From: Naegleria gruberi
Taxonomy: Eukaryota
Direction: 5' to 3' (one strand)
DNA length: 64,000 nucleotides
Assembly (NCBI GenBank): GCA_000004985.1
Contig: GG738895.1
Below, in pieces: positions 31,233-41,770 of this stretch (positions are counted from its first letter, which is position 1; each line of letters starts with the position of its first letter). The notes under the pieces are model-generated. The model searched no databases and had not been told where the DNA came from. It saw nothing but the letters and a program-made list of their open reading frames with translations. Made by a program: the position numbers and the translations under genes.

Positions 31233-32460
31233 ATGTCTAATAACCCATACGGATCCACTGATGTTGATCCATACGATTATGATTATCAAGTAAGTAGTGA
31301 TTGTTTTCAACAAGAAGAAAATTTAATGTTCATGTTTGTTATTTTCCGTACTAAATGCTACTTTTGATATTCAAATAATATTCTACCAATAACGACAATT
31401 TATAACAACCCAAAACTGATCGTATTGTATTTTGAAATTGTTCATCACCATCAAATTTAAATGTCCTACACCTCTACTATTATTTTACTATTATTATACT
31501 CTTTGTGATGATAATTGTACATACTTGCGATGATTTTATTTGATAATGTGATAATAATGAATAATGTCATTTACATAATAGCCAAACTATGGTAATCCAA
31601 CTCAAGGATATGTCCCACCACAAGTTGGAGCAATGAGTCAACCTGCTCAAATCAACATTGAACCTGTTGGTTCTATGGATAATGAAGCTCTCAGACTTAA
31701 GGCTATGGAACTTGCTCGTAGAGAAGCTGAATTGGAAAAGAGAGAACAAGAAGTTACAAATCTTGATAATGCCAATACTGCCAAGAAGAATTTCCCAAGA
31801 TGTTACCCTCTTGTTTATCACAACATTGCTGATGTTCCTAATGAATTCCTCCGAAGGAAGATTGCCTACTGGGGATTCATCTCTGCAATTGTTTTCCAAG
31901 TTGTGGTCTTCTTGAACTGTGTTTCTGCCTATATTACTGCCTTCTCTACTACACCAAATGCCTTCCCTAAGGATGTTTCTCTCATGAATCTTATTCAATT
32001 TTGCATTGTTTCTACAATCCTCTTCTTAATTTCTGGTATTGCTCACTTCTTCCTTGGATATTGGCCATTGTACAAGGCTATGGATACTGGTGCCATTCCA
32101 AGATTCATCATTTTCTTCATTGCCTATGCTGTTTCAATTATTTTCTGTGCTCTTGGTGTTGCTGGTTATTTGACTTATGGTTTCAGTGGTATTGTCACTG
32201 CTATTTACTATTTCCCAACTGGTACATATGGAAGTATTGCTGGATTTGTTTGTAACTTGATCATGGCTGTCATTTGGTTCGCTTTGATGATCAATTATAT
32301 CATCATTTTTATTATGGTTATTAAGGTCTTTAGAGCTCTTAAGGGATCTCTTAACAAGATTAAGGAATATGGTGCTGGTTTGGTTCAAAGTGGTGCTGCT
32401 ACTGCTATCAGCTCAGCTGTCAAAAATACTATCAGTGGTGGTGGTAGTCAACAAGTTTAA
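31233..32460 (+). CDS. Secretory carrier membrane protein (SCAMP), two exons.
   Basis: Exon 1 at 31233..31289 (MSNNPYGSTDVDPYDYDYQ), a 292-nt GTAAGT..TAG intron, exon 2 at 31582..32460. Coiled-coil ELARREAELEKREQE, NFPRCYP (NWPP-like) motif, four TM helices. Confidence 0.75.
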
Positions 32461-32494
32461 ATGTATTTATCTGTTTGAAAAATACATTAACAAT

Positions 32495-33644
32495 CTATAT
32501 ACTCTGTAAATTTTCCAAATAATTAAATAACTTTTCTGTTTCTCTATAAATTATCGAAATGGTTTCTTGATGGAAGGAAATTTCTGGGGACAATTTGGCT
32601 AATATGGAAGGTAGGGAAACACAAAAACGCAAGAAATGTGGTAAACCGTAAACCTGTGATGCTGGCTCTTTTACCTTATTTTTGAATGTAGAATTTTCAG
32701 TAAGGTACAAAATTGAAAAGGGCTTCTCAAAACAGCCATCAAAAAACTGTAACAGACCGTCCATGGAATATTTTAAAGCACCAAAATCATCCTTTGAACT
32801 TTCCTCATTTGCCTTCACATAGGCACAAATAATGCCTCTCACTGACTTGCTCTCGTCCTCAATTAATGAATGTTCCTTTTCCTCTTTTGAGACTTGACAA
32901 TAATCCTTGTATAGATATTCTTTAATCCATTGAGGAATTTTAAGTGATGGTGTTGATGGCTCGATATCATTCTGTGATGATGGGGAGGACTCGGTTGTTG
33001 TTTCTGTTTTGGAGCTTTCTGTCTTTTCTGTTGTTTTTCTCTTTCGTTTCAAATCCTTCTTTTCAGATGTCTTTTCTTCATTTTTTTCTTTTGCTTCCTC
33101 TGTTTGCATGTCAGTATTAGAAGAAGGTGTTTTTTCTGAACTATTATCATGATTCTTTAATTCAGAGCTTGATGGCTCTGAAACAGTTGTGCTACTTGTT
33201 TCTTCTGATGTATCTGTTGGCACTAAATTATCATCCGCATCAGGTACATATTTCTCACATGTTGATTCCAATGAAGCAATGTAGGTTTTAATTTTTCCAT
33301 TTTTACCTCCCAGTAACTTGTCTTTAAATATTTTAATTTCATTCTCCTTTGTCAATTCTTTAAATTCACAATCTTGAATTTTAATTTCAAATTTATCACT
33401 CGTTCTGAAAATCACTGCCTCATATCCTCCATCTATTTTACCAGTAATCTATAAATATTATCATGAAAGAAGATCATGTTTAAAAAGTTTAATGAAGAAA
33501 TCAAAAAATTCTTTCCGAAATTTAAATTCCATCATTCATACCTACCTTTATAAGAAAATATAAATTCTTATCCTTCACTGTTGGGATTGGTCTACAAAAA
33601 ACCTTGTCATTTGGTGATAAAGTTGCCGGATCAAAAGAAGACAT
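32495..33644 (-). CDS. MRG/Eaf3-like chromatin protein (chromo-barrel plus MRG domain), two exons.
   Basis: Exon 1 at 33644..33546 (33 codons, MSSFDPATLSPNDKVFCRPIP...), a 97-nt GTAGGT..TATAG intron, exon 2 at 33448..32495. MRG-domain signature YGLPHFLRFCVSLPSILAKL. Confidence 0.65.
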
Positions 33645-33743
33645 TTTTTTAAATATTAATTTTTATGTTTTTTATAATAATCTTCCATTGACGATGTTAA
33701 TGAGCCTTTAGAGTCTTAGAGACACCCCTTCGTGGTTTAAAAT

Positions 33744-34139
33744 TTAATCAATATATCTTTGCTTGAAGGCCTTTCCAGTTTCGTAATCTTCAGGAGAAAC
33801 TCTGAAGAATGGAAGGAAGTCTTCTCTCTTCAAGTTTTCAGAATCAAGTTCTTCCATTTCGGAACGAACCCACAAAACGTATGGACGCAAGTAGGCAACG
33901 TCATCTTCTGGCTTAGTCCATTGTTCTCTTGGCAGTCTCTTTTGGTTAACAGACAAGTCAAAAGCACGAGCAAGACGCTTTTCACGAGCACGACGAACTT
34001 CTTCTGGCAATCTGTTGAGAGCTTCAATAATCATTGGATCTTCATCGTTGAGGATATCATCATATAAGAGACCAAAAGTTTGATAACGCATAGAGCTTCT
34101 GTAGGCCAAAGTGACGAAACGATCAGCCTTTTCCCACAT
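33744..34139 (-). CDS. QCR7: Cytochrome b-c1 complex subunit 7 (QCR7/UQCRB, 14-kDa subunit).
   Basis: 131 aa. The conserved core FGLLYDDILNDEDPMIIEALNRLPEEV...AFDLSVNQKRLPREQWTKPEDDVAYLRPY matches UQCRB (KLGLMRDD...EAIRRLPE...LPKEQWTKYEED..YL.PY). A possible extra 5' exon is described in the findings. Confidence 0.8.
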   Translation of the reverse strand: MWEKADRFVTLAYRSSMRYQTFGLLYDDILNDEDPMIIEALNRLPEEVRRAREKRLARAFDLSVNQKRLPREQWTKPEDDVAYLRPYVLWVRSEMEELDSENLKREDFLPFFRVSPEDYETGKAFKQRYID

Positions 34140-34871
34140 TGAGAGATCAGTGTATGGGATTTCAGTGTATTTGGTCCATGGGTTTTGAATTGGGAAACTA
34201 AATGTTGATGTATTTAGTGTTTTTTGTTTTTCATATTGTTGTTTTTATAATTTCCAAAATATTGATGATGGTCAAGTGATAATTGTTTGCGCGGTATTCC
34301 AATATGACAAGAAAGTGTACATCAAGATGATATGTTGACGATGAAATTAATTTCCAACAATAAAACACGACCGTGATGATGATTAAAAATTTTCTCTTCT
34401 TGGCTTTTTCTACTTACGCTTCATAAACGTTGAATTCACCTCTCTTATCAGCAACAGCAACAGTGTCGACAACATCTGGAACAACTGAAGCAGGTAAAAT
34501 TCCTTTAGGGAAGAAGTTCTTGTTGAGGACGAGCATTTCGTTGACGAAACGATAGCCGGTAGCGGCAAGACCACGGAGCATTTTTTTTGAGTTGAAGCGA
34601 TTTTACAATAGTGAGCATTTATGGTTTTAATAGAGAACATAACAGCTGCTAAAGCTAGTAAGAACAATATTATGGCAATCACAACAACAATTGTTTTTCA
34701 ATAATTTCCAATATTCAATGATGACAAGAAAGTGAGAGGGAGTTTTTATTCATATTTTGTTTTAATTAAAACAAAATTGATGAGAGGCTTTCGTTCCGAA
34801 TTTTTTTTTACGTTAGGTTTGTGATTGAATTCCTACAAACACTGGAAGCCTCTAAAAAACAAACAAAAAAA

Positions 34872-37800
34872 ATGTCTTCACGTTATCAAAATGCTGGTGG
34901 AGGAGGTAATTACAATAATAGACAAGGACCACACCAGAAAGTGTTATGTGTAGCTGAAAAACCAGAGGCTGCCAAACAAATTGCCACAATTTTAAGTGCA
35001 GGAAAATTTCAGAGGAGAGAAGGAAAATCCAAGTTTAACAAGATATTTGAATTTGAATATAGAATGAATGGTGTTGTTGTAACAATGTCAGTCACATCGG
35101 TTTTAGGTCATTTGATGGAGTTGGGTTTTGATCCGAAATTAAAATCGTGGACATCTTGTGATCCGATTACTTTGATGGATCCTGCAACACCTGTATTTCG
35201 GAATGTGCCAGAGAAGAATTTAGAAATTCAACAAAACCTAGAACAAGAAGCAAGATATGCCACAAAATTATTGCTGTGGCTCGATTGTGATAGAGAAGGA
35301 GAAAATATTGCATTTGAAGTGATTGAAGTTTGCAAGAAGGTAAATCGAAGCCTTTCCATTGAAAATGATTCAATTCTCAGGGCAAGATTTTCAGAGTTTA
35401 CAGCTGCAGCAATCAATAGGGCAATTAGAAATTTGGAAAGACCAAATGTATTGGATAGTATGGCTGTAGATACGAGACAGGAATTGGATTTGAGAATTGG
35501 AGCCTCTTTTACTCGTTTTCAGTCACTCAGACTCAAAAAGAAGTTTCAAGGAATTACAGCAGATTATATTAGTTATGGACCATGCCAATTTCCAACATTG
35601 GGATTTGTGGTAAAGAGAGATTTAATTATCAAGAACTTTGAATCGGAATCATTTTGGACTTTAAATTGTACACACGATATGGGAGAGGAAGGCAAGGCTC
35701 AATTTCTATGGAAGAGAGGTAGGCTTTTTGACCAATTGACTTGCTTGGTCATTTACGAGTTGTGTGTTGAAGCTCAAAGGGCTAGAGTGGTCAATGTGGA
35801 AAAAAAAAGAAGATACAAATACAGACCAGATCCATTGAATACAATTGAATTGCAAAAATTGGCATCTCAGAAATTGAAAATGGGTTCACACGAAACTATG
35901 AAGGTTGCTGAATCATTGTATAATAAGGGTTTTATCAGTTATCCTAGAACAGAAACTAACAATTACAATCAATTCCAGGATGATGATTTGAAACGACTTG
36001 TAAATGAACACACATCAAATCCAACATGGGGTGGTTATGCTTCAGATCTATTGAATGGAGGTTATCAAAAGCCACCTAGTGGAAAGCAAGATGATAAGGC
36101 GCATCCTCCAATTCACCCTCTCAAAGGTGATTGTAATTCCAATGATTCAAAGGAACAAGCTCTCTATGAATTGATTGCAAGACACTTTTTAGCATGTTGT
36201 TCAAAGGATGCTGTCGGTGCCGAGACTAAGGTTATCATTTCAATTGCCAACGAAGAGTTTACTTGCTCTGGATTGATGGTTGAACAAAAGAACTTTTTGG
36301 AAATTTGGAAGTATGATAGATGGTCGGATAAGAGTATTCCAGTTTTCAATGCAGGTCAAGAGTTTATCCCAACCTCATTATTGATGGATCATGGTGAAAC
36401 TCGTCCACCTCCTCATCTTTCTGAATCAGATTTGATTTCTGCTATGGATTCTAATGGTATCGGTACTGATGCCACTGTTGCTCAACACATTAAAACCATC
36501 CAGGAGAGAGGCTATGTCATCAAGAAAGGAAATAGATTTGAAGCCACCAACTTGGGAATGGCACTCTTGCAAGGATATGATCTCATTGGATACGAATTAT
36601 CAACTCCTAATTTGAGATCAAAGATGGAAAAGGATATGCTTAGTATTTCAAAAGGAGAACAATCCAAGGAAGCAGTCATTCACCAAAGCTTGTCCATGTA
36701 CAAACATGTATATATTCAAATTTGTAAATCAGCTTATTTATTGGATAAGGCGGTACAACAACATTTTCCAACTCTTGGTGAAGGACAGAGCAGAGTTTTA
36801 GGAAGAGGATTTTCACTATGTTCCTGTAAGAATCCAATGGACTTGAAGGAGCAGGATGGAAATAATTTCCTTCATTGTAAAAATTGTAGTGATTCATATC
36901 CTCTTCCTTCTAAATCAGAATATGAAAGTATTGAAGATGTTTGCCCAATTTGTAATTTCCAGATACTTAACATTATCACACAAAAGAACACTTCATACAA
37001 GCTGTGTCCTCACTGTTTCAATAATCCCCCAGAAATTGAAAATTCAAATGAATCTTTTGCTAATGGATTCAAATGCTTTAACTGTACATTTACTGGTTGT
37101 AAATATTCGAGAAAGAAGGATGCCGTAGTAAGGAAATGTCAGAAATGTTCCAACAATTTAGTAGTAAGGCAACGAAAGAATGATACCTCCCTTTATATTG
37201 GATGTAAGGGGTTCCCAAATTGTAAATCTGCAGTGTGGCTTCCAAAGTCAATCGAAAAGGCTGATTTGACAACTGAAAAGTGCAACAGGTGTAGTACTCG
37301 TTCGGATACTGTGTATAGATTGAAATTTACATTTGCCCAAGGAACACTTCTACCTCCAGGTGTTAATAGAGAACATACAACTTGTGTATTTTGTGATCAG
37401 GACTTTGATGAGGCTTTCAATATTAATTTGAATTCCCTTAATGGTGATTCAGGTGGTGCTTCTTCCCATGGAGTGCTTGTACACAACTCTACATCGAATA
37501 ATAGAAACATGCCAAATAGAAGTCCAACAATTGCTGGTGGTGGTTATGGAAATAGAACAAGTCCAGTTGGGGCAACAGGGAGAAATATTGCTGCAAGACA
37601 GAATAATACACCACCACCTAATCAAATGACTTTGGATAGAATGTTGGGCAAGAGAACAAGAGTTGATAATAATAATGGAAATAATAATAGCAACCCACCT
37701 CCTCAAAATTCTTACCAAAGAAACAATACATCTCCAAGAAATCAATTCGGAAACAATCATGGCGGTAGTGGATCTGGTGATGTTGTATGTACAAATTGTA

Positions 37801-37919
37801 GCTCTGCACCAGAAATTTTCACTTGTAAGCAGGGAGAAAACCAAGGGAGACAATTTTACAAATGTCCAAATAAGGATAAGGACGAGGCTTGTAAAAAGTT
37901 TTTCAAATGGGTTGATTAA
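34872..37919 (+). CDS. TOP3: DNA topoisomerase III (type IA) with C-terminal zinc-ribbon and GRF zinc fingers.
   Basis: TOPRIM start VLCVAEKPEAAKQIA. Active-site Tyr motif GFISYPRTETNNY. Multiple C4 zinc ribbons. Terminal GRF finger CKQGENQGRQFYKCP. First ATG at 34872. Confidence 0.85.
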   Translation: MSSRYQNAGGGGNYNNRQGPHQKVLCVAEKPEAAKQIATILSAGKFQRREGKSKFNKIFEFEYRMNGVVVTMSVTSVLGHLMELGFDPKLKSWTSCDPITLMDPATPVFRNVPEKNLEIQQNLEQEARYATKLLLWLDCDREGENIAFEVIEVCKKVNRSLSIENDSILRARFSEFTAAAINRAIRNLERPNVLDSMAVDTRQELDLRIGASFTRFQSLRLKKKFQGITADYISYGPCQFPTLGFVVKRDLIIKNFESESFWTLNCTHDMGEEGKAQFLWKRGRLFDQLTCLVIYELCVEAQRARVVNVEKKRRYKYRPDPLNTIELQKLASQKLKMGSHETMKVAESLYNKGFISYPRTETNNYNQFQDDDLKRLVNEHTSNPTWGGYASDLLNGGYQKPPSGKQDDKAHPPIHPLKGDCNSNDSKEQALYELIARHFLACCSKDAVGAETKVIISIANEEFTCSGLMVEQKNFLEIWKYDRWSDKSIPVFNAGQEFIPTSLLMDHGETRPPPHLSESDLISAMDSNGIGTDATVAQHIKTIQERGYVIKKGNRFEATNLGMALLQGYDLIGYELSTPNLRSKMEKDMLSISKGEQSKEAVIHQSLSMYKHVYIQICKSAYLLDKAVQQHFPTLGEGQSRVLGRGFSLCSCKNPMDLKEQDGNNFLHCKNCSDSYPLPSKSEYESIEDVCPICNFQILNIITQKNTSYKLCPHCFNNPPEIENSNESFANGFKCFNCTFTGCKYSRKKDAVVRKCQKCSNNLVVRQRKNDTSLYIGCKGFPNCKSAVWLPKSIEKADLTTEKCNRCSTRSDTVYRLKFTFAQGTLLPPGVNREHTTCVFCDQDFDEAFNINLNSLNGDSGGASSHGVLVHNSTSNNRNMPNRSPTIAGGGYGNRTSPVGATGRNIAARQNNTPPPNQMTLDRMLGKRTRVDNNNGNNNSNPPPQNSYQRNNTSPRNQFGNNHGGSGSGDVVCTNCSSAPEIFTCKQGENQGRQFYKCPNKDKDEACKKFFKWVD

Positions 37920-38060
37920 TTTATTTCAATACGAACCTATTGTTTCACATTGTCTTAATACCTTCTTGAAAGTGTTTACAAATAACCCAGACAATTATAA
38001 TGCAATTTAATCAAACCACCGTGAAATTAGAACTTTGATCAGAAACAACGAGTAGAAAAA

Positions 38061-38213
38061 ATGTCATCATGTACACAATTCACATCACTTCCCTATGAAA
38101 TTCTTCTTCATATTTTATCGTTCGGCGTTGATAAATGCTCATTAAATCACAAAGTTATTCAATTTATTGCTAATTTTCAATCATTGAACAAGAAAATTTC
38201 ATCAATATTTTGA
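38061..38213 (+). CDS. Possible small F-box-like ORF (50 aa) directly upstream of the Ras-like gene.
   Basis: ATG ORF MSSCTQFTSLPYEILLHILSFGVDKCSLNHKVIQF..., with an F-box-like LPYEILLHILSF. Too short for the ORF track. Confidence 0.25.
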   Translation: MSSCTQFTSLPYEILLHILSFGVDKCSLNHKVIQFIANFQSLNKKISSIF

Positions 38214-38292
38214 TAATTTCTGGTTGGACATATTCGAAAATTGTTATGGAATTTCGCTTCAATCCAACCAGGTGCAATTATTAAAAGAAGAA

Positions 38293-39114
38293 ATGTTACA
38301 AAAGAAAACTCTGGGAAGGAAAATATTGTTGGCGAAGTATATCAAATATAATATTTGGAAAAGTGCTAAATTAAATGAAGATGATCGAATTAGAGTTGTA
38401 ATGATAGGGGATGGAGCAGTTGGTAAGTATAGTTGAGGAATTTTGTTTGACTTTAGAATAGGAAAAAGTGCAATAACAACTTATTTCATTCAAGGAAAGT
38501 TCAATACAGAGTACGATCCAACAATAGGTATTGTATAATTGAAATTCATAAGTTTATTCAAATTTAAAGATGATTTTTATAGAAAGGAAATACAAGTGAA
38601 TAATTTCAAGTCAATTATTGAAGTGATTGACTTGGCTGGTCCTGAAGAATATTATTCAGTTAGAGAATCGCATTGGAGGAGTGGAGATTGTTTCATTATT
38701 GTATGTGACGTGAATAACAGAGATTCTTTGGAGGAAGCTAAAATTTTATTACATCAATTGGTTGTTGTAAAAAATTCAACTAATTTTCCAGTTGTTTTTG
38801 CATTGAATAAGATTGATTTATTGGAATATTTGGAAAAAGAGAAAATAGTGGAAGAATACAAAAGAGATATTGAATCAACCACTTGTCTATATTTGGGAAA
38901 TAGTTCAATACTTGATTGTAGTGCAAGAACAGGAGAAAATATTAATTATTTATTTGATGAATGTGTTAGGCGAACGAGGTTTAATTCAATTGGTAACTTA
39001 AAGCTTCTGAAAGATGTAATCAAATATGATTCAAATTTTATTGAAATTTGCCTTAATGGTAATGATGATGTGGAAAATAATAAGAAAAAAGCAAAGAAAT
39101 GTTTTATTATGTGA
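38293..39114 (+). CDS. Ras-family small GTPase, three exons, with a polybasic tail and CAAX box. The catalytic Gln is replaced by Pro. The 5' start is uncertain (TTG at 38224 or ATG at 38293).
   Basis: Exons ..38422, 38462..38527 and 38570..39114. The introns are GTAAGT..AATAG (38423..38461) and GTATTG..TAAAG (38528..38569). G1 GDGAVGKSA spans intron 1. G3 DLAGPEEY, where canonical is DTAGQEEY. G4 NKID. G5 CSARTG. C-terminus KKKAKKCFIM. Confidence 0.75.
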
Positions 39115-39344
39115 TTATGGAAAACATGAATAACAACATTGTTACGAAAAATAAGAAGGTTTACTCTATACTTGGGCGCATACAGAATAATTGTAATGTT
39201 AACTGTTTTCCGTTGGATTTCCATCTACAGTAATTCAACCTTGTTGCACAATCAACTACAGTAACAACATTCACTCACACCAACACACAGAATTCCGCTT
39301 CAAAAAAACCACCTCAATTCTCACTCAAAAACAACACAAAGAAA

Positions 39345-39986
39345 ATGGGTAACATAATGGCTTTATCTGTTGTTGCTATGCAACAAGGAATGGTCTCCAA
39401 GAATGTAACACCAGTATTATTCGCCTTTGGATTTACATCCTTGGTTTTCCTTATCAAATACTTGGTACAGGAGGTAATCATGTTGGTCATTCAAGGTACA
39501 AAAGAGGCCGAACCAAAAACATTTGACGACATTAAGAAGGTTAACTTGGATGAGCTTCCTAAGGAATTGGCCAATAACAAACGTTCAATTTATGAGAGGC
39601 TGAGAAGAATTAAGAAGGAAGACTTTGAATTTATTGTCATGTTCGTTTTTATTGCTGCTTCGTATCTTATATCCACAAGTGGTGCTTCCAATTACACCTT
39701 TACATCAACTTCAAAATCCACCGAATCAAATGTTAATACATTAATAGTTTGGAGTGATCTTTCAATTGCCAATTCAGTAATTGGATGCCTATTCATTGTT
39801 GCATTCTTTGTGTTGAGAGTTATCAGTCTCGTGATGATATTTGTACAATCTAAAACCCTCATTCAGAACATTATTAGAATAGTGACCTTTGTTTACCTTG
39901 CACTTTTTGGATTGTTTGTACTTATTATGATATTCATGTTTAATTTTTATGTTCAGGTCATTGTACCTAGCAAAGTTAATGCTTAA
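39345..39986 (+). CDS. Hypothetical multi-pass membrane protein (213 aa).
   Basis: ATG ORF with four or more hydrophobic helices. No known motif. Confidence 0.45.
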   Translation: MGNIMALSVVAMQQGMVSKNVTPVLFAFGFTSLVFLIKYLVQEVIMLVIQGTKEAEPKTFDDIKKVNLDELPKELANNKRSIYERLRRIKKEDFEFIVMFVFIAASYLISTSGASNYTFTSTSKSTESNVNTLIVWSDLSIANSVIGCLFIVAFFVLRVISLVMIFVQSKTLIQNIIRIVTFVYLALFGLFVLIMIFMFNFYVQVIVPSKVNA

Positions 39987-40108
39987 TGGTTGTTTTATAT
40001 TTTAAATCTAAACTAAAAACTAGTTTTTCACTTGGTTTACAATAATTTTAAATATTATTAAATATTCAAGTTTTTTATTAAAAACAATAAAAAAAACAAG
40101 CACACGAT

Positions 40109-40528
40109 ATGATGTACGGAATACGGTTCATGAATAGAAATCAATCTCCAAGCCATAAGGAAGATCGTGCCCAATATAACCAACCATCAAATGAGAGTTT
40201 GATCACGGAGAAGAAATTATTCATGATTGAGTGCAAGATTGAACTTCTAAATATTTTGCAATCGTCATCAATTGATCATCAACCGACAAATGGGAATTTA
40301 TTAACAAATAATTGTAATAGTAATACTAATAATAATAATTCATCATCATTGTCATTATCAGCTGAAGGGAGAATTAAATATTATTCGGATCAGTTGGAGG
40401 AGGCTAAGAAGATTGTGCAAGATTTAAAGTTTATCCAATTGGTTATGAATGAAAGTAATTTGGATGTATTGGAACGATTAAAGATTCAAGTTGTGGATCC
40501 AGAGGAAGAAGAAATGCAGAAAATCTAA
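40109..40528 (+). CDS. Hypothetical Asn-rich protein (139 aa).
   Basis: ATG ORF with low-complexity N-rich centre and a predicted coiled-coil C-terminus. Confidence 0.35.
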   Translation: MMYGIRFMNRNQSPSHKEDRAQYNQPSNESLITEKKLFMIECKIELLNILQSSSIDHQPTNGNLLTNNCNSNTNNNNSSSLSLSAEGRIKYYSDQLEEAKKIVQDLKFIQLVMNESNLDVLERLKIQVVDPEEEEMQKI

Positions 40529-40677
40529 ATTAAATTTTAGCATATTGAAAGAATTATTTGTAAACTCAGTAATATTAACTCCTTTTGCCAACTATCTCTT
40601 TTAACAAAATGCTAAAATTTCTATTGGAACTTGGTAACCAAGTGGCCATTAAGGGATTATTTTCATTCTGAATGTAT

Positions 40678-40749
40678 TCCCGTGTAGTCCAATGGCTAGG
40701 ATACCTGGCTTTCACCCAGGAGGTCCGGGTTCAATTCCCGGCATGGGAG
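40678..40749 (+). tRNA. tRNA-Glu (anticodon TTC).
   Basis: TCCCGTGTAGTCCAATGGCTAGGATACCTGGCTTTCACCCAGGAGGTCCGGGTTCAATTCCCGGCATGGGAG. Identical to the minus-strand copy at 30831..30902. The downstream T-run AATCATTTTGTTTTTG is shared. Confidence 0.9.
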
Positions 40750-40816
40750 AATCATTTTGTTTTTGAATTGTTTTGAATTGGTATTCATTTAGAGATAAAC
40801 AGAACTCTCTTAAAAA

Positions 40817-41685
40817 ATGTCTAGATCTACTTGTTCACCCTCTCTTGCATTCTCTCTCAATTTTAATCAGCTTGATGAAATTCTTGTGGATCAACAACCT
40901 GAAACAGTGGAAGATGTAGAAAATTATGAACAACCTCCAATCAGTGGATTTTCAATTCATGTTCCGAGTGATAGTTATGTTTTTGTATGGAATGATTGTC
41001 TTTGCCTTATGAATAGAACAACACGAAAAGTATTCAAACAGATGGAGAGTCCGTTGGTCCAATAGTTAATTTAATATTGCATAATGACCAGATTATTGTG
41101 ATGCATTTGGATGGAGTAATCACCTTACTAGATGTGAAGCAATTAATTGAATCTGATGAATTTGATAAAGCCAAGATATGGACAAGCCACACTTCCTGTC
41201 ATGACGCACTAATGGCAGCAATTATGGGTGATCATGTCTATATACCAGATAAGAAATTGGGAGTTGTAGTTTTGAATTTAAGTAATGGAGCAAGAAATGA
41301 AGTAATGGAACAATTGGTACCACAAATTGAGGATGGTATTGGAATTGTGTTTGCTTCAGAAACTGAAATGATTCTCTCCAGGAGTGGATCTTTGGAATTG
41401 TGGACTAGGCCATCGTATGATATTTCTGAAAAGTGGAGTTTGCAGGTGAAGAGAGAGGCTGCCAAGGAGAGGGGTTACTTGTTCCTATTCAATATGGCCT
41501 ATGAGAGGAGTAGTGAGCTACTCTATGTATTGGATTGTGATATAATGAGAGTGAGTGTCATTGGTAAGAATACTCTGGATATTATCAAGACATTTGGAGA
41601 GGATTTGAATTTGACTTCTATTTGTATTGATGAAGAGAAGGGTCATCTTTACTGTTGTTATAATAACATTGTAATTTACAATTAA
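40817..41685 (+). CDS. Hypothetical protein (beta-rich), probably two exons joining the two track ORFs.
   Basis: Candidate 62-nt intron at 41030..41091 (GTATTC..GACCAG, phase 0) joins frame 40817 to frame 41077, giving a 268-aa product ...LMNRTTRK|IIVMHLDGVITLL.... The alternative is a single-nucleotide frameshift. Confidence 0.45.
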
Positions 41686-41770
41686 TACTTTGATAATAAA
41701 ATCAAAATAATACCATGTACAATAAATATTCAAAATTTACATTTGAAATACTGTTAATTTTTTATTAATC

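Noticed and set aside
31290-31581. Calling a C/D-box snoRNA in the SCAMP intron
   Set aside because: C-box-like UGAUGA is present, but there is no D box (CUGA) in the right position and no terminal stem. It is left as a low-interest finding only.
38061-38300. An F-box-Ras fusion protein via an intron from the mini-ORF into the Ras N-terminus
   Set aside because: The only in-phase donors in the mini-ORF are GTTGAT or GTTATT. No intron here uses a GTT-type donor, so this is too speculative.
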